From Eledone cirrhosa (Eukaryota), in NCBI GenBank assembly GCA_964016885.1, contig OZ024743.1, positions 101,990,001 through 102,054,000 on the forward strand: a stretch of DNA of 64,000 bases. Reading direction: 5' to 3'. The notes below the pieces were generated by a model that ran no database searches, had not been told where the DNA came from, and was given only the letters and a program-made list of their open reading frames with translations. Below are positions 39,721-55,619 of the stretch, piece by piece. Positions within the stretch are counted from its first letter, which is position 1. Each line of letters opens with the position of its first letter. The position numbers and the translations under genes are program-made.

Positions 39721-40479
39721 CCATTTTCACAAGTGAAGACATCTTTCCCACTCACCAGAGTGGGTGGGAGTTCTCTGCATCGGACGGCGAGAGTTGACAG
39801 GTCTGATACTTCCTCTTTTCCGTTGAATATAAGATAAGCTTATTTTCTGTTTCACTTTAAGTAATCCAAACAGTGAGGCGGCAATTTGACAGTCGTTAGA
39901 ACGTAAGACAGATTGCTTTATGGTATTCGTTTCGGCTCTCTGTCGCTGAGAGTTTAATTCCCGTCGAGTTCAACTTTTTCTCTCGAGGTCAATAAAATAT
40001 GACAGTTCAATACTGCAGCGATTCTTCTTTATCTCAATCTTACTTCCGTTCTATCTATCTCTTTTTTTTCCTTCTCCGAAGGAAATCAGTTGTGTTCACG
40101 CCTGGAGAAGGGACATACCTTAGAAAGGTATATGACGGTCTCCCTTGTATTTCTAACATTGTGCAAAACCCGATGTTATGATTTGCAGGCTAATGCCATT
40201 ACATCTCCAATGAAGCCGTGTCTCTTTTAATGCTTTGAAAACCAACATCTGTCAAAAATTAAAGCCGTCGCAAGCTCCCCTATCCAAATATCAAACACAA
40301 TGACTGACATTAATGAGCGGAATATAGGCAATACAATGTGGGACATACCTACATGGAGATCTATCATTGTGTCAATTTCAGATGAGGCCGCAGGATAATG
40401 AATTTGGGCTGACCCAAAATGTGGGTAAACCTGCCAGATGGAATGTACACGATCCTGGCAGGTTTAATAGGTCACGTAT

Positions 40480-40900
40480 GTTATCCTTGTCCATACATCT
40501 TCTGAGTGATTTAAGTACATTCTAGTCCATTACTCCCCTCTTTAGCAGGAATTGAATGTACGTCTTCGCTCTGTGAATAACACCAATACTTGATGTGCTG
40601 CTTTCTCTTGCACGTCAGATGAAGTTTCTTACTGCCTCCCTTCCTCCCCGCCTTGATATCGGAAGCTAAAGTGTATCTAAGTCTTATTACCCACCTCGAC
40701 CACACAGACCTTTCTTTTGTATCTTACTTTCTCCCTACTTGTCTCTGAAACTCCTGCTTTGTATGTCGGTTCTATTACCTTTTCTCACTGGGCTTGAATG
40801 TAGGCCTTCGGTTCCTATTGCAGCAACCGGTGAGATGATGTTTCTTACTACTTGTCCCCATCAGTCTCGGAGATCTTTGCAAACCTTGCGTCTTTTGACT
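40480..40900 (-). pseudogene. Possible highly decayed RTE-like RT fragment
   Basis: VEVGNKT*IHFSFRYQG resembles the E.VDSFRYLG motif; many stops. Confidence 0.3.
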
Positions 40901-41913
40901 AAGTCATTAAGAAAATAACACGCATTTCTAAATCTTGTATGATATTCTCCCAGTTCAATTACTGCGAAGAGTAGATTTCCAGGAAAGGACTCATCATATC
41001 AAAGTAGTGGAAACCCCAATAAAAATGTAGCCTTGCAATGCTTCTATTGTATTAGTTATAGCTTGCACGTCACACGATAAAACTAATCGATAAACCTATC
41101 GTCATCATCTTACACTTCTTACTCATCTTTCATGTTTTTCACATTTAAATATATATAATAAAGATACCAGTGTGCTTGCCTCTACGCAGTAACACGCCAC
41201 ACAAGAAATACCAGATAAAGCCCAGTTCTCATCACAATCCTTCTCAAATCAAACCCTGCTTTCTTGTAAAAAGGACTCATTGAATAATTTACTCTTTGAC
41301 ACACATCGCATCAAACAAGTAATAACCATAGATGGAATGTCTCTTTATTATCATAGCCAACATTAGGCTTACACAGTAGTAAAATCCATATCATGGAGTC
41401 TCCCCGAACTATACACTACCGTATAACATTATATCCAACACGGTTTAATATGATTCACTATTTCTAATATATTATCCAAAAATCTATCAATTATATCATA
41501 ATTGGTGGTATTTCAATGAATATAGATGGAAGTACTATACAGCAGAGTTAAGATATTGTCTTATCGAATACGTGAGCGTATTTTCTTTCCTAGTTGAAGT
41601 TTGTTCACTTCATTTAATATGCTTATACCTTTTAAAATAAATTGAGAATCTCATTTTCCTTTGCTATAAATATTTCCTAAAAATAAGATAATTGCCAATA
41701 TCAGATTCAATCGACTATACCCTCAACAAAAAATTTCTGAGCTAAGTTAAAAGGAATCGATATTTATAACATACACCAGGTGAATGATCCTGAACACAGA
41801 AATAAAATACGGGAATTGCATCATTTCATTTATCTAAATCACTTTTTTAGACAGACTGTGGCCATTTTTATAACTAGCGTTAGAAAAAATAGCGCGACAA
41901 AAATTGTGTGTGT

Positions 41914-41986
<73 letters not shown>

Positions 41987-42007
41987 AAAGTGAGAGAGAA
42001 AGAGAGT

Positions 42008-42039
<32 letters not shown>

Positions 42040-42794
42040 AAGGGGGAGAGAGAGAAAAAAGGGGGGGGGGGCGAGAGAGCGAGCGGGGAAGAAATAAAAA
42101 GAAAGAGATATATGTAAATAATTATAACTCTTTCAAAGGTATGTACAGAAATTCACAACATTTTGAGATTTCTAAACTAAAATTCAAATAAATATCGTAT
42201 AATGGTTTTTATATTTCAATATTGTGAAAAAAAAAAAATATATATATATATATATATATTTTTAATAATATTGAAATGATTATCAAGAAATAAAATATTT
42301 CCTGTATGAAACTCAATACTAATATTTTAATACCACTTACATAACAAGTGTTATTAAAAATGTGTACCTCCTATTAAATTTAATTACCCTTCATTTATAA
42401 CCTTCTTTAACATTTTAATGACTAGCCTCCATTATCGTGCAACATCATACCATATTAGAAATATTATTTGAAAGATACGTAGGACAATTTTGGAAATCCT
42501 TGAGATTATAAACAAATTAATTATTGTCATTATATGTAATTATGCATACAATATTTTCACTAAAATGCTGTTGGTTTAGCGTTCATGAAATTCTACTAAA
42601 GATTTTTCCTGCACTTGACACAGAATTACGGCTAGAGTTTCTAGTATTCTGCTGTACAACAAAACAGTGAATATACAACTCACAGTACAGAGAAGACATA
42701 GTTAAAATTATAATGATCAGAAAAGACACGGCAATGTAGGGCAGAGATTTTTTTTATCAACATCCTAATGTCAGATTTCACTATAAAAGATGGG

Positions 42795-43005
42795 AGGGGC
42801 ATTAGCAGAGTCCTCATAAAATCGGACAATTTCTCTGCAGTATTTGTCCTGACACTTTATATTGAGTTCAAATCCCTCCGCGGTCAACTTTGCATTTTAT
42901 CCTTCCGAGGTCGATAATATCAAGTACCAGTCACGTAGTGGCGTCAATTTAATCGACGTTCCCGTCCCCAAAATTACTGGCGTTGTGCCTAAAGTAGAAA
43001 TCAAT
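42795..43005 (+). mobile_element. Family-A SINE
   Basis: GAGTTCAAATCCCTCCGCGGTCAACTTTGC...GTAGAAATCAAT; further copies at 39876-40130 (+), 43510-43660 (-), 46935-47075 (+), 48265-48345 (-). Confidence 0.7.
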
Positions 43006-43789
43006 ATACAATAGTATTACGAAATATCTGTAATAAAACTGTTTACCTCAAGGACGTTGGGAACATATCAAATATTTTATCATCTCTATCCAATTATCGT
43101 TAAATTTTTATTATTACATCCACAATAGAAGAAATCTAGAGAACTATAGTAGAAATCACTATTACATCCACCACAAAGACGTGTGTAATTGAGTTCTCTG
43201 CTGTATATATATTATTGTCTTTCTGGCGAGTAAAGCGGTTATTGGTATTATCAGTATCGAAGAAGCTATACACAAACAATAACAATATTACTGTCTGTTT
43301 GCATCTATAACTTCCGATAGAGTCGTAGGGGTGTCGTAATGAGATACGGCATTTCTTGAATATTTTTAAAAACCTAGCAGAGCCTATTTATTCTCCAGGT
43401 CTGCGCAAAACCAATTTCTTGCAGAAGAGCAGAGAGAGGGGGGGGGGGGAGATTGAGATAATGGTAGGGAAGAAGAGAGCGAGAGAGAGGAAGACAGTAG
43501 GAAATAGAGGAAGATTCGACCACTGTACTGAACTAGTACTTTTTTAATCGACCTCCAAAGGATGACCTTGAAGGGAATTGAACTCAAAGGGCAGAGAGCC
43601 TGTACGAATACGCCAAAGCATTATATTTGGAGTTATAATAACTCCCTCAATTCGCCGCCTCAGTAATATTATTAAAACAGGTCAAATCACTTGTTTATCA
43701 ATAGCAATTCAAAATCGGTATCGCATAGACTGACCTATCTCTCTTTCTTATTACGATGCATGTCTGACTGCGTGTATATATGCTTGCTC

Positions 43790-44067
43790 ACAAGGCGTAT
43801 GTCGTGGAATTTAGGTTGTTGGGCTCACGATCGTACAGTCATGTGTTCGATATCCGAGTGGACCAGCTCGTTGTTTCTTTGGGCAAAACATTTCACTTTA
43901 CGTTACTTCAGTCCACTCAGCTAACAGAATCGGTTGTAACTGTAGTTCAAAAGGCTACCCTTGTCATGCCCCGTGTCGCACCAAATCGCCCTGAAAATTA
44001 ATATAAAGCTAAGCGTGTTTGTAGAAAACTGAGCAAATTACATGTTAATTTCATGAACTGGCTGTTT
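43790..44067 (+). mobile_element. Family-B SINE
   Basis: tRNA-like head (GTTCGATATCC) then CTTTGGGCAAAACATTTCACTTTACGTTACTTCAGTCCACTCAGCT. Confidence 0.6.
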
Positions 44068-45179
44068 TCAAATAACAGACAGACTCGTTGTCAGAATCGA
44101 CAGAGGTCTAATGCATATACATACATATGCTTCAAGGTATGCCTCTATACGAAATATTTCAAAATATTTTGAATATACATTTATATATATATTCAAAATA
44201 TCTAATTTATGTTTATGCGAGCATTCGCACACATGTATAAGGAATTGTGTGAGAGCGTTGGCGTCCCTATATGCAGTACACCTTGGAACAAAAATCAATA
44301 AGAATGTATGTGAGTATGTATATATATATTTATGTGTATAAACATATATCATATATATATATATATATATATATATTGGCGTAGACATACAATGCAACTG
44401 GAGGAAACAATAGCACCACTGACGATGTTGCAGATATACGAAACAACTTTGATAGACTATATATATGTGTTTGTGTCTATATTGTATCTGTATTTGTGAC
44501 CGTTGGTAAGTCATTGGCAACATGAAGGACCGAATAAATTAAATTAACCGATATAAAAGACACAGAAGCGAAAAGCGAAAACCAACCAAACAGTGAGTGT
44601 GTTCTGTTATTAATTCTGGCAATATTACACAAATATGACCCTCCCCAAGTATATATATATAAAATATAATTGAATAAACAAGAGAGATGAATACTAATAT
44701 GAACATACATGTGTCCGCATCGTAAGGACCAAATTTGCTAGGGTGAAAAAATACTAACTACAGCAATATAGTTTGTTATGCTTAACTTTAAATATTAAAT
44801 TAAGAAAAATAAAGAAACATTTCAGACCTATATTGGGCAAAAATGCCTGGTAACAACTAGACAGTGTTGGAGACTGTTTCGCAACGACTTATTAAGTGAA
44901 GTTCTCACGTTTCTCTGCTCCTCTCTAGTCGTTGAGAAATTAGTGATCCTTTCACTTCTAAAAATATTAGAGAATGAATTGTGTACGATATGAATTATCG
45001 CACGTGTCATTCGGAACTCAGCTTGTCTCGAAATTCCCCGCCGCTAAAAATAGCAGCCTGGCTGACAGGACAATAAAAGTTAGCTCTACATGATGGAGTC
45101 GACAAATATATATTGAGTTAAGTCTCTTACAATTAAATAGTACAATTTAATTGTAAGAGACTACCCTGAGTTCTTAACT

Positions 45180-45256
<77 letters not shown>

Positions 45257-45356
45257 AATCAGGATCGATTCAGTTAGAAACTTGTTAGACCATTACTCAC
45301 CAAAGTGTTCGATACTTGGGGTAGTAGAGTATGGTTATTTGGATGAGTCAATCCTA

Positions 45357-45408
<52 letters not shown>

Positions 45409-45409
45409 T

Positions 45410-46105
45410 AGGATAGGTGCTCTGAAATAGCGATGTATACATGAATGTATGTATAGTACATTTGGCAAGACCTTGCGCTATTTCAAAGTAGTGAATATGT
45501 CACTTACTTCTTTTTTCGGCAAAGAAGGAAGAGAAGCTGACAGATTCTGTTTCACACTGTTGGTGTTCCTCAGAACAACATACTCCGTGCCTTGCCGAAA
45601 ATTATAGAGGCTAGATTCTTATAGAATTCCAGTAATAACCAGGAACTGATTATACAGGGCGATTGCCGGTCCAGCAAAAAAAAAAAAAGAAGTGAGTGAG
45701 ATAGTCACTACTTTAAAATGGTAGCGCAAAGTCTTCAAAATGTTTTTAATTAAACATACAGTATATTGCCAAATATACTATACATACATTCATGTATACA
45801 TCGCTATTTCAGAGCACCAAGCCTAATTTTCAATTTTTGCTGGACCGGCACTCGATCCGTATAATCAGTTCCTGTATTACCGGAATTCTATAAGAATCCA
45901 GCCTCTATAATTCTCGGCAAGGCAGGGAGTACGTTGCTCTGAGGAACACCAAGAGGGTGAAACAGAATCTGTCAGCTTCTCTCCCTTCTGTACAGAAAAA
46001 AAGAAGTAAGTGACATATTCACTACTTTGAAATGATAGCGCAAGGTCTTCAAAATGTGTTTAATTAAACATACAGTATATTGCCAAATATACTATACATA
46101 GATTC
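45410..46105. mobile_element. Retrozyme-like array: inverted partial copy plus ~1.3 units of 314 bp
   Basis: Hammerheads 45536-45576 (-) and 45936-45976 (+): GYT CTGAGGA ACAC-CAASA-GKGT GAAA CAGAATCTG TC AGC. Confidence 0.8.
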
Positions 46106-47242
46106 ATATATATATAAAGTAAAGACCCCCTACGGTCACAAATGACCATGGAATTTGCACCTAGAAAGTTCCCTTCGAATCACCACACCGGAAAAAGTGG
46201 TTTTATGGAAGACTAGCGATCGTCTATGAATACCAGTCTCCTCTTTCTACGTCACCAATGTTGTCCAAGCGCAAGGTGAATACCGATACAGCTTGGCTTG
46301 GCAACTCATTTTTACAGCTGAGTGAACTGGAGCAACGTGAAGTAAAGTGTATTTTATGAAGTGAAATAAAGTGTATTTTCACGATTGTGAAACAAACTTT
46401 CTAACGACGAAGCCTTGCACTTTTACACATACATATATAAATGGCTTAACAGTTTCAACAAGATTTAATCATATTTTATCAAAATCTATCAAACAATACA
46501 AATGATAATATCAATGTTTTAACTTTACTGACTGACGCTAAATATTTTTATTAAGTAATAGAACTCATGTCAAAGAAAATGTTATGCCATTCCTTGAAGC
46601 GTTACGAAAACGTAATGTAATGTCTTTGATCTTTGTAATACATTGGACTACGCTCAATTCGTTACCAGTTTTGATAGCAGATTTTCGTACCTATTTCCGA
46701 TTACTGTACCATTTACGACTATTCTGGATGAACGATTCTATTCAGAATATTGGCTGAATATCAAATTGAATATTTTATTCGAGCAATATTCTATGTTAGT
46801 AAAATAACTTTTGCTATAAAGGTACAACTACACAGAGAAGGGACGAAACGATTACTGTTCCTTAGCATAACTAATAGTTTTGTTCATTGAGTCACTTATT
46901 TTGTGTTTACATAGTGTTCGAAAAGGGATAAGCCTGTGAATTGGCAACGTCGTTAGGATAACAAATTAAATTTAAAATGCCTCGGTATTTGTTCTGTCTA
47001 TAATACACTGATTTCAAATCCCGCCGAGGTCATTTTTTCCTTTCATTGTTTCGAGATCGATAAAGTATCAGTCACATACTTATGTATAAGTCTTATGTAA
47101 AATGCTTATGTATAAGTATGCGTATATATAGTATATATATATAGTTGTTGTACGGTTGCAATAAATGCGTCCGTAGGCGGTATGCCGTTTGAGCACTCGA
47201 TGCTCGCGCAGATGATTCGGATGAAATGCTTTGAAAGCGCTA

Positions 47243-47336
47243 AATATATCTGAGGACCTTGCGAATGCAGAGTCAGGTCCGATCTGTAATAGATCCTGCC
47301 TTGAACTGATCGTCGCAGAAACATATGTAGTATGTT
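47243..47336 (+). ncRNA. Type I hammerhead with 61 nt stem II domain
   Basis: AATATAT CTGAGGA ..TGCGA...GATCT-GTAAT-AGATC...TCGCA GAAA CATATG TA GTATGTT. Confidence 0.75.
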
Positions 47337-47409
47337 AATAAATTGTGTTTTTGATGCATCACTGATTCCTCGATATCTATAATATATATCTAAAGTCTAA
47401 AGTTTGTCT

Positions 47410-47783
<374 letters not shown>

Positions 47784-48967
47784 CTGATGGTAGCTAACAT
47801 GCTTCCTTAGGCGGTGTGCCGGTTGAGCACTCTATGTTCTTACAGAGTAAGTGTGATATAATATAAAACGAAAAATCAGTGATGCATCTGAACTCAATTT
47901 ATTGTGTTCGCCGGCAGACAGCTTGAGACACGATCATTGTGTGGATCTGTGTGATTCTGGCACTTCAGGTTCGTCGGACACTTCTAATAATTTCGGATCA
48001 AATTTTCTCACTAGGGTGTTAGCGTCAAAAAACATCCTCTTCGCTCGTCCTGCTATTGCCTGTTGTTTTTCTACGTCATCATACATTTTGACCAATAGGT
48101 ACTGTCACACTGACCATCAGCTGTCCTTCTTCCTGTCACACTTCAATGAATCCCTGCTGGGTTTGGTAGTTCACACGTCCATGCGCGCACTCACAAACAC
48201 ACACACACATATATATATATACACACACACTCACACACACACGCACACGCATACAATCATATAAATAACTGTTTCTACTTTAGGCACAAGGCCAGCACAT
48301 ACTCAGTGCATTACTGGTACTTTATTTTATCGACTCCGTAAGGAAATAACAACATCCGCACGCATATACTCCCGCTATACATAAGCACCCAAAGAGAGCC
48401 CGTAAAACTATAGACATGCGCGTCTACAGACGCCTGCCTACATGCCCACGTACATCAACTCTCACACACACACACACACGCACATGCACACACGCACACA
48501 GGCACAAACACATGCATACGCGTATATCTACTCGTATACACAAACACGTGCAGACATATACATAGACACACACACGCACATGCACACACATGTCCATATA
48601 TACAGGCACAAAAACAGACTCGCTCGCAAACACACATATATATATGTATACACGTATATATACATATATATACACACAAACAATACCTTACGCTACAGTG
48701 GGTGCACGTACACACACACCGGCTCATATACACTCTTACAAATATGCGCCTATTACCTACAGGCCCACGCACGTCTACAAAGATACATACATACATATAT
48801 CTGTCTATACACAAATATGAAATACACACAAAGTCATATAAAGCTACACAATGGGTCATATAATGGTCATACATGAAAAGATGCATCTTGTTATACACAT
48901 GCACAAATATAAACAATATAACCATATACATACATCCATACACATACATACATACATACATATATAT

Positions 48968-49171
48968 ATTAGAAAGTGAGGTTTTTATTTTTACAAAATG
49001 AAAAATAACCGAGGTGTCCTACACGAGTGGAAGTTTAAAGAAAAAAAGATGAAATCGAAAATGCAACTGGAGTCTTATATTTTTTTAAAATATATAAGGA
49101 ACCAAATAAATATATATATATTTTTTAAAAATAAGACTCCAGTTGCATTTTCGATTTCATCTTTTTTTCTT

Positions 49172-49173
<2 letters not shown>
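48968..49173. repeat. Fold-back insertion (family of 7767)
   Basis: Arms 49036-49095 / 49113-49173, one-sided tail. Confidence 0.7.
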
Positions 49174-49207
<34 letters not shown>

Positions 49208-49210
<3 letters not shown>

Positions 49211-49440
49211 TAATAATAATAAATTTGAAGGAAGACTAAAATCCAAAGAGGGCTCGATAAGGATAAATTTATATCAAATATATAAGAACCGTAGAGCAAA
49301 TATTTATTAAAATAACAGATTAAAGTTTAAGCAAAGAATCGCTGCTTTCACCCTCAACGGGATCTTCTGAGTTTCAGAAGATCCCGTTAAGGGTGAAAGC
49401 AGCGATTCTTTGCTTAAACTTTAATCTGTTATTTTAATAA
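49208..49440. mobile_element. Fold-back Penelope-like terminus with CAGAAGA-core hammerhead (49370-49420)
   Basis: AGTTT CAGAAGA T-CCC-GTTAA-GGG-T GAAA GCA..TGC TT AAACT; other copies at 52097-52185 and 52615-52931. Confidence 0.75.
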
Positions 49441-50231
49441 ATCTCTCTATATATATAAATATATATATACAGACATTCATATATGTATATACACACACAC
49501 ACACACATATATACATACACACACATATATAAAGAAAACCTACAATATATTAAATATACATATAACGTCATACATTAAAGGATATATCTTGTTGTAAACA
49601 TGCACATATATAGACAATATAACCATACATCCATACACATATGCATATATATATATATATATTTATTTATATATACACACACATATATATACATATACGC
49701 ATACATATATACACACATATAAAAATAAATATACAATATATTAAAAATATACATATAACATCACATCGAGATATATAAAAAAGAAGAAGGGAGGTGTATG
49801 CGTATGAGCTAGTACAAAGAGGAGTATGAGATGTACACTTGGTTCTGTATACGGGAAAAATAATATGTGTTCCAAAACGGAATACATGGAGAGTATGGAT
49901 TCTCGATTGAAAAGGTTCACATGCATGGGGCTGCGTGGACCGGCAATATTGAAGTATGTCATTATGGTTGATCTATGTTGTCCTATAGGTGTTAGGTATT
50001 TGACTGAAAGTCAGTGGAAGCCGAGTCAACCTGTCCCGGCTCAGGCGATGTTCTTGCCTAAGGTGACGTGCAGAGTCGGGTATGCATCTTGGGTTATTTT
50101 GGTTTACCCCACGAGGCATATACTGTCATCAGGGTATGGTGTCTGATCCCTTGAACCCTTCGACCAGAGCGGCGAAACGGGTTTTTGACGCTAACACCCC
50201 AGTGAGAAAATTTGATCTGAAATGATTAGAG

Positions 50232-50319
50232 GTGTCCGACGAACCTGCAGATCGAGAATCAGAAAGATCCACACAATGATCGTGTCTTGAGCTGTCTGCC
50301 GGCGAAACAATTGTAACAC
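50232..50319 (+). ncRNA. Hammerhead-like motif with CCGACGA core and 61 nt stem II
   Basis: GTGT CCGACGA ACC.GCAGA...TCTGC.GGC GAAA CAATTG TA ACAC; a second copy at ~47900-47982 (-) has the same core but has lost stem III. Confidence 0.65.
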
Positions 50320-50353
50320 AATAAATTGAGTTCAGATGCATAACAGATTTTTC

Positions 50354-50432
<79 letters not shown>

Positions 50433-50452
50433 TGTATATATATATATATATA

Positions 50453-50494
<42 letters not shown>

Positions 50495-50556
50495 TGTATA
50501 TATATATATATATATATACTGTATATATATATATATACTGTATATATATATATATA

Positions 50557-50612
<56 letters not shown>

Positions 50613-50658
50613 TGTATATATATATATACTGAATATATATACTGTATATATATATATA

Positions 50659-50694
<36 letters not shown>

Positions 50695-50774
50695 TGTATA
50701 TATATATATACTGAATATATATATATACTGTATATATATACTGTATATATATATATACTGTATATATATATATA

Positions 50775-50860
<86 letters not shown>

Positions 50861-50864
<4 letters not shown>

Positions 50865-51806
50865 GTTATCATATACATAAAATTAAATTAAAGAGATATA
50901 TATGTTGCAACTGTTCACTTTTAAGCTTAATGAAGAATTAATAAATTAAAATAAAAAAAATCAGAGCATTATATCATAAATCATGTCTATAGAATCAATC
51001 AGATATTAAAATATATACTATTTCTTCTTCTAATTAGCATAATTAACCATATACAAAATCAAATCTAAAAGCTTTAAGAATAAATTTTCTTACGGGGAAA
51101 TCTTTGACAAACAATTGATCGTAGCCTCTTCGCGGCAGCCCCGTTCCATTATTTATCAAACATTTCGGCAGCATGCAGAATCCGATCAAATATACCGTCA
51201 ACCACACAGAATTAGTAGTAAAATTAAACTTAGAAGAAATGCGCACATACCGTAATTATATCTCTACCATGGTTTCTTCCTTATTTAGGACATCCAAATA
51301 ATATGAATTATCCAGAGTTAGGATCATCAGGAGATAAACTCAAAATCAGACATTTAGTTTCTCAAACCGATCGCGCCAAATTTAGATTCAAAAATGGCTA
51401 AAATCGCTATGTAGCTGTGTACCAGCCAGAGAGAAAGCGTGTGATTGGTTGCTTACGGCTTGCTGCTAGAAAGCGCAGCCATATATCTGGATAATTCATA
51501 AGGAAGAAACCATGGTAGAGATATAATTACGGTATGTGCGCATTTCTTCTAAGTTTAATTTTACTACTAATTGTGTGTGGTTGACGGTATATTTGATCGG
51601 ATTCTGCATGCTGCCGAAATGCTTGATAAATAAAGGAATGGAGCTGCCGCGAAGAGGCTACGATCAATTGTTTGTCAGAGTTTTCCCCGTAAGAAAATTT
51701 ATTCTTAAAGCTTGCTAGATTTGATTTTGTATATGGTTAATTATGCTAATTAGAAGAAGAAATAGTATATATTTTAATATCTGATTGATTCTATAGACAT
51801 GATTTA

Positions 51807-51810
<4 letters not shown>
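50861..51810. mobile_element. Large fold-back insertion (~320 bp arms) with a hammerhead at 51259-51336 (-)
   Basis: TATCTC CTGATGA TCCT...AGGA-A GAAA CCATGG TA GAGATA; arms ~50972-51315 / 51486-51810; related 3' end at 52224-52456. Confidence 0.8.
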
Positions 51811-51862
<52 letters not shown>

Positions 51863-51884
51863 GTGTGTGTATATATGTGTATAT

Positions 51885-51916
<32 letters not shown>

Positions 51917-52179
51917 CATCTTGTTCACCTTGACCGACCAGTCTGCCATTCCTCGCCACCGGTCACAGCACGTGTTGTTTTAGCCATACGATGACGCCAT
52001 CCCACTGGCTAGGCGGGCAGGCCATAAGTCTAAAGTCTGTCTTAAGCGAGAAGGCTCATTTAGCCTGTGCTTATCCCGGTGCTTATCCCACTTCTCCGTT
52101 TACAGATTGACTTTGTTAGTTTCAGAAGATCACGTTAAGGGTGAAAGCAGCGATTCTTTGCTTAAACTTTAATCTGCTA

Positions 52180-52226
<47 letters not shown>

Positions 52227-52454
52227 TAAATCATAAATATTTCTTCATAGGGGCCTTTATTCTTATAGCCTGGTCTGATTGATGTTTTATATGGTTAATT
52301 ATGCTAATTGGGAGAAGAAATAGTATATATTTTATCTAATAGTTCAAAGGACATGATTTATGATATATTGCTCTGATTATTTTATTTATTAATTGAGCCA
52401 CATCGTGAACGGTTGCCACCTATATATCTGTGAATTTATGTATATGTAAATCTT

Positions 52455-52538
<84 letters not shown>

Positions 52539-52925
52539 TGTTTATATATATATATATGAGTGTATATATATATATATATATATATATATGAGTATATATA
52601 TATATATATATATATAGTAATAATAATAAATTTGAAGACTAAAATCCAAAGAGGGCTCGATAAGGATAAATATATATCAAATATATAAGAACCGTAGAGC
52701 GCTTAATTCTTTTTCACCGCTCCTAATAATGACGTCTTATATTCGTTTTTGCCCGTTCTTTGCTAGCGAACGTTTCCACGAACCAAAGTATCGTCTTCCT
52801 GTCTTCCTCCGGTTGCAACGTTTTTTGAAATATGAACCTCTGCGTTTACAGATTGACTTTGTTAGTTTCAGAAGATCCCGTTAAGGTTGAAAGTAGCGAT
52901 TCTTTGCTTAAACTTTAATCTGTTA

Positions 52926-54450
<1,525 letters not shown>

Positions 54451-54653
54451 TAACGAAGGAAATGTGGTAAGGAACCAGATGGACCATAACGCACCAAAGT
54501 ACTCAATACTTAGGGTAGTAGAGTGGTTAATTTGTACGAGCAGGACCCCGACGGCTGAACTCACGCCGTTTCGACGGCTAATTCTGCACTAAATTAATCC
54601 AGAATTAGCCGTCGAAACGGCTTGAGCTCAGCCGTTGGGGTCCTACTCGTTCC

Positions 54654-54655
<2 letters not shown>
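54451..54655. mobile_element. Fold-back Penelope-like terminus (family E1 variant)
   Basis: Tail on the left, inverted GCCGTCGAAACGGC arms, (TA)n flanks. Confidence 0.75.
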
Positions 54656-54683
<28 letters not shown>

Positions 54684-54686
<3 letters not shown>

Positions 54687-55394
54687 TTTCAGGTCTCTAC
54701 GAAGGTCCGACTTCCACACTGATCTCAAGCTGTGACACGCCACCCAGGCCTTGCTCTTCCTCTCAACCACATCATCTTCCGTATTCCCAATCTTTGCTCC
54801 CAAATACAGGAAGTCCTCAACCAATTCCAGCGGCTTCCCGCCTACATTAGTGATCCCCTCTGGCTTCTCAACATTCTCTACCAGATATTTTGTTTTAGTC
54901 TCATTCATTCTCAGCCCCACACTCATCGACACAGTCTCAACCTCCCGCATCAAATCCTCTGCCTCTTTGCTGTAGTGGAGTCTGTGCTGCTGTATGGGTC
55001 TGAGACTTGGACACTGACCAAGAGACTCACTCAGATGGTGGATGGGTGCTACACGAGAATGCTGAGGATGGCTCTGAACATTAATCAGTATACACTGAGG
55101 ATGAAAAACTCAGAGCTGTATGGGAGCATCCCAAAAGTCAGCTCAAAAGTGACACAGAGAAGACTGAGGTTGGCTGGACATGCTCACCGACATCCAGAGT
55201 TGACATTGCACTCAGTGCTCCTTTGGGAGCCCCTACATGGACACACTAGAAGAGGAAGACCAAGGTTAATATATGTTGATGCCCTAAGGACAGACACTGG
55301 TCTGTTGGAGATGCAGGATATGGCAGCGATAATGAGGGACAGAGACCGCTGGAGAGAACTCGTCCATGGATCTCGGGAATTTTACCCGCCTTAG
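54684..55394. mobile_element. RTE/RTEX-like LINE 3' fragment with inverted 5' part (54684-54963 minus, 54960-55394 plus)
   Basis: Minus: GLRMNETKTK..VEDFLYLG..WKSDLRRDLKI; plus: LFAVVESVLLYGSETWTLT..RRLRLAGH..LLWEP..RGRP. Confidence 0.85.
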
Positions 55395-55449
<55 letters not shown>

Positions 55450-55450
55450 A

Positions 55451-55569
<119 letters not shown>

Positions 55570-55619
55570 TATATATATGTGTATAGTATATATATATATA
55601 TATAAATATATATATGTGT

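Noticed and set aside
49850-50140. Hammerhead with ~260 nt stem II from CTGATGA at 50125-50131 (minus); similar weak motifs at 28910, 34372, 44419
   Set aside because: No clean GAAA/stem III/stem I partner; cannot be separated from chance
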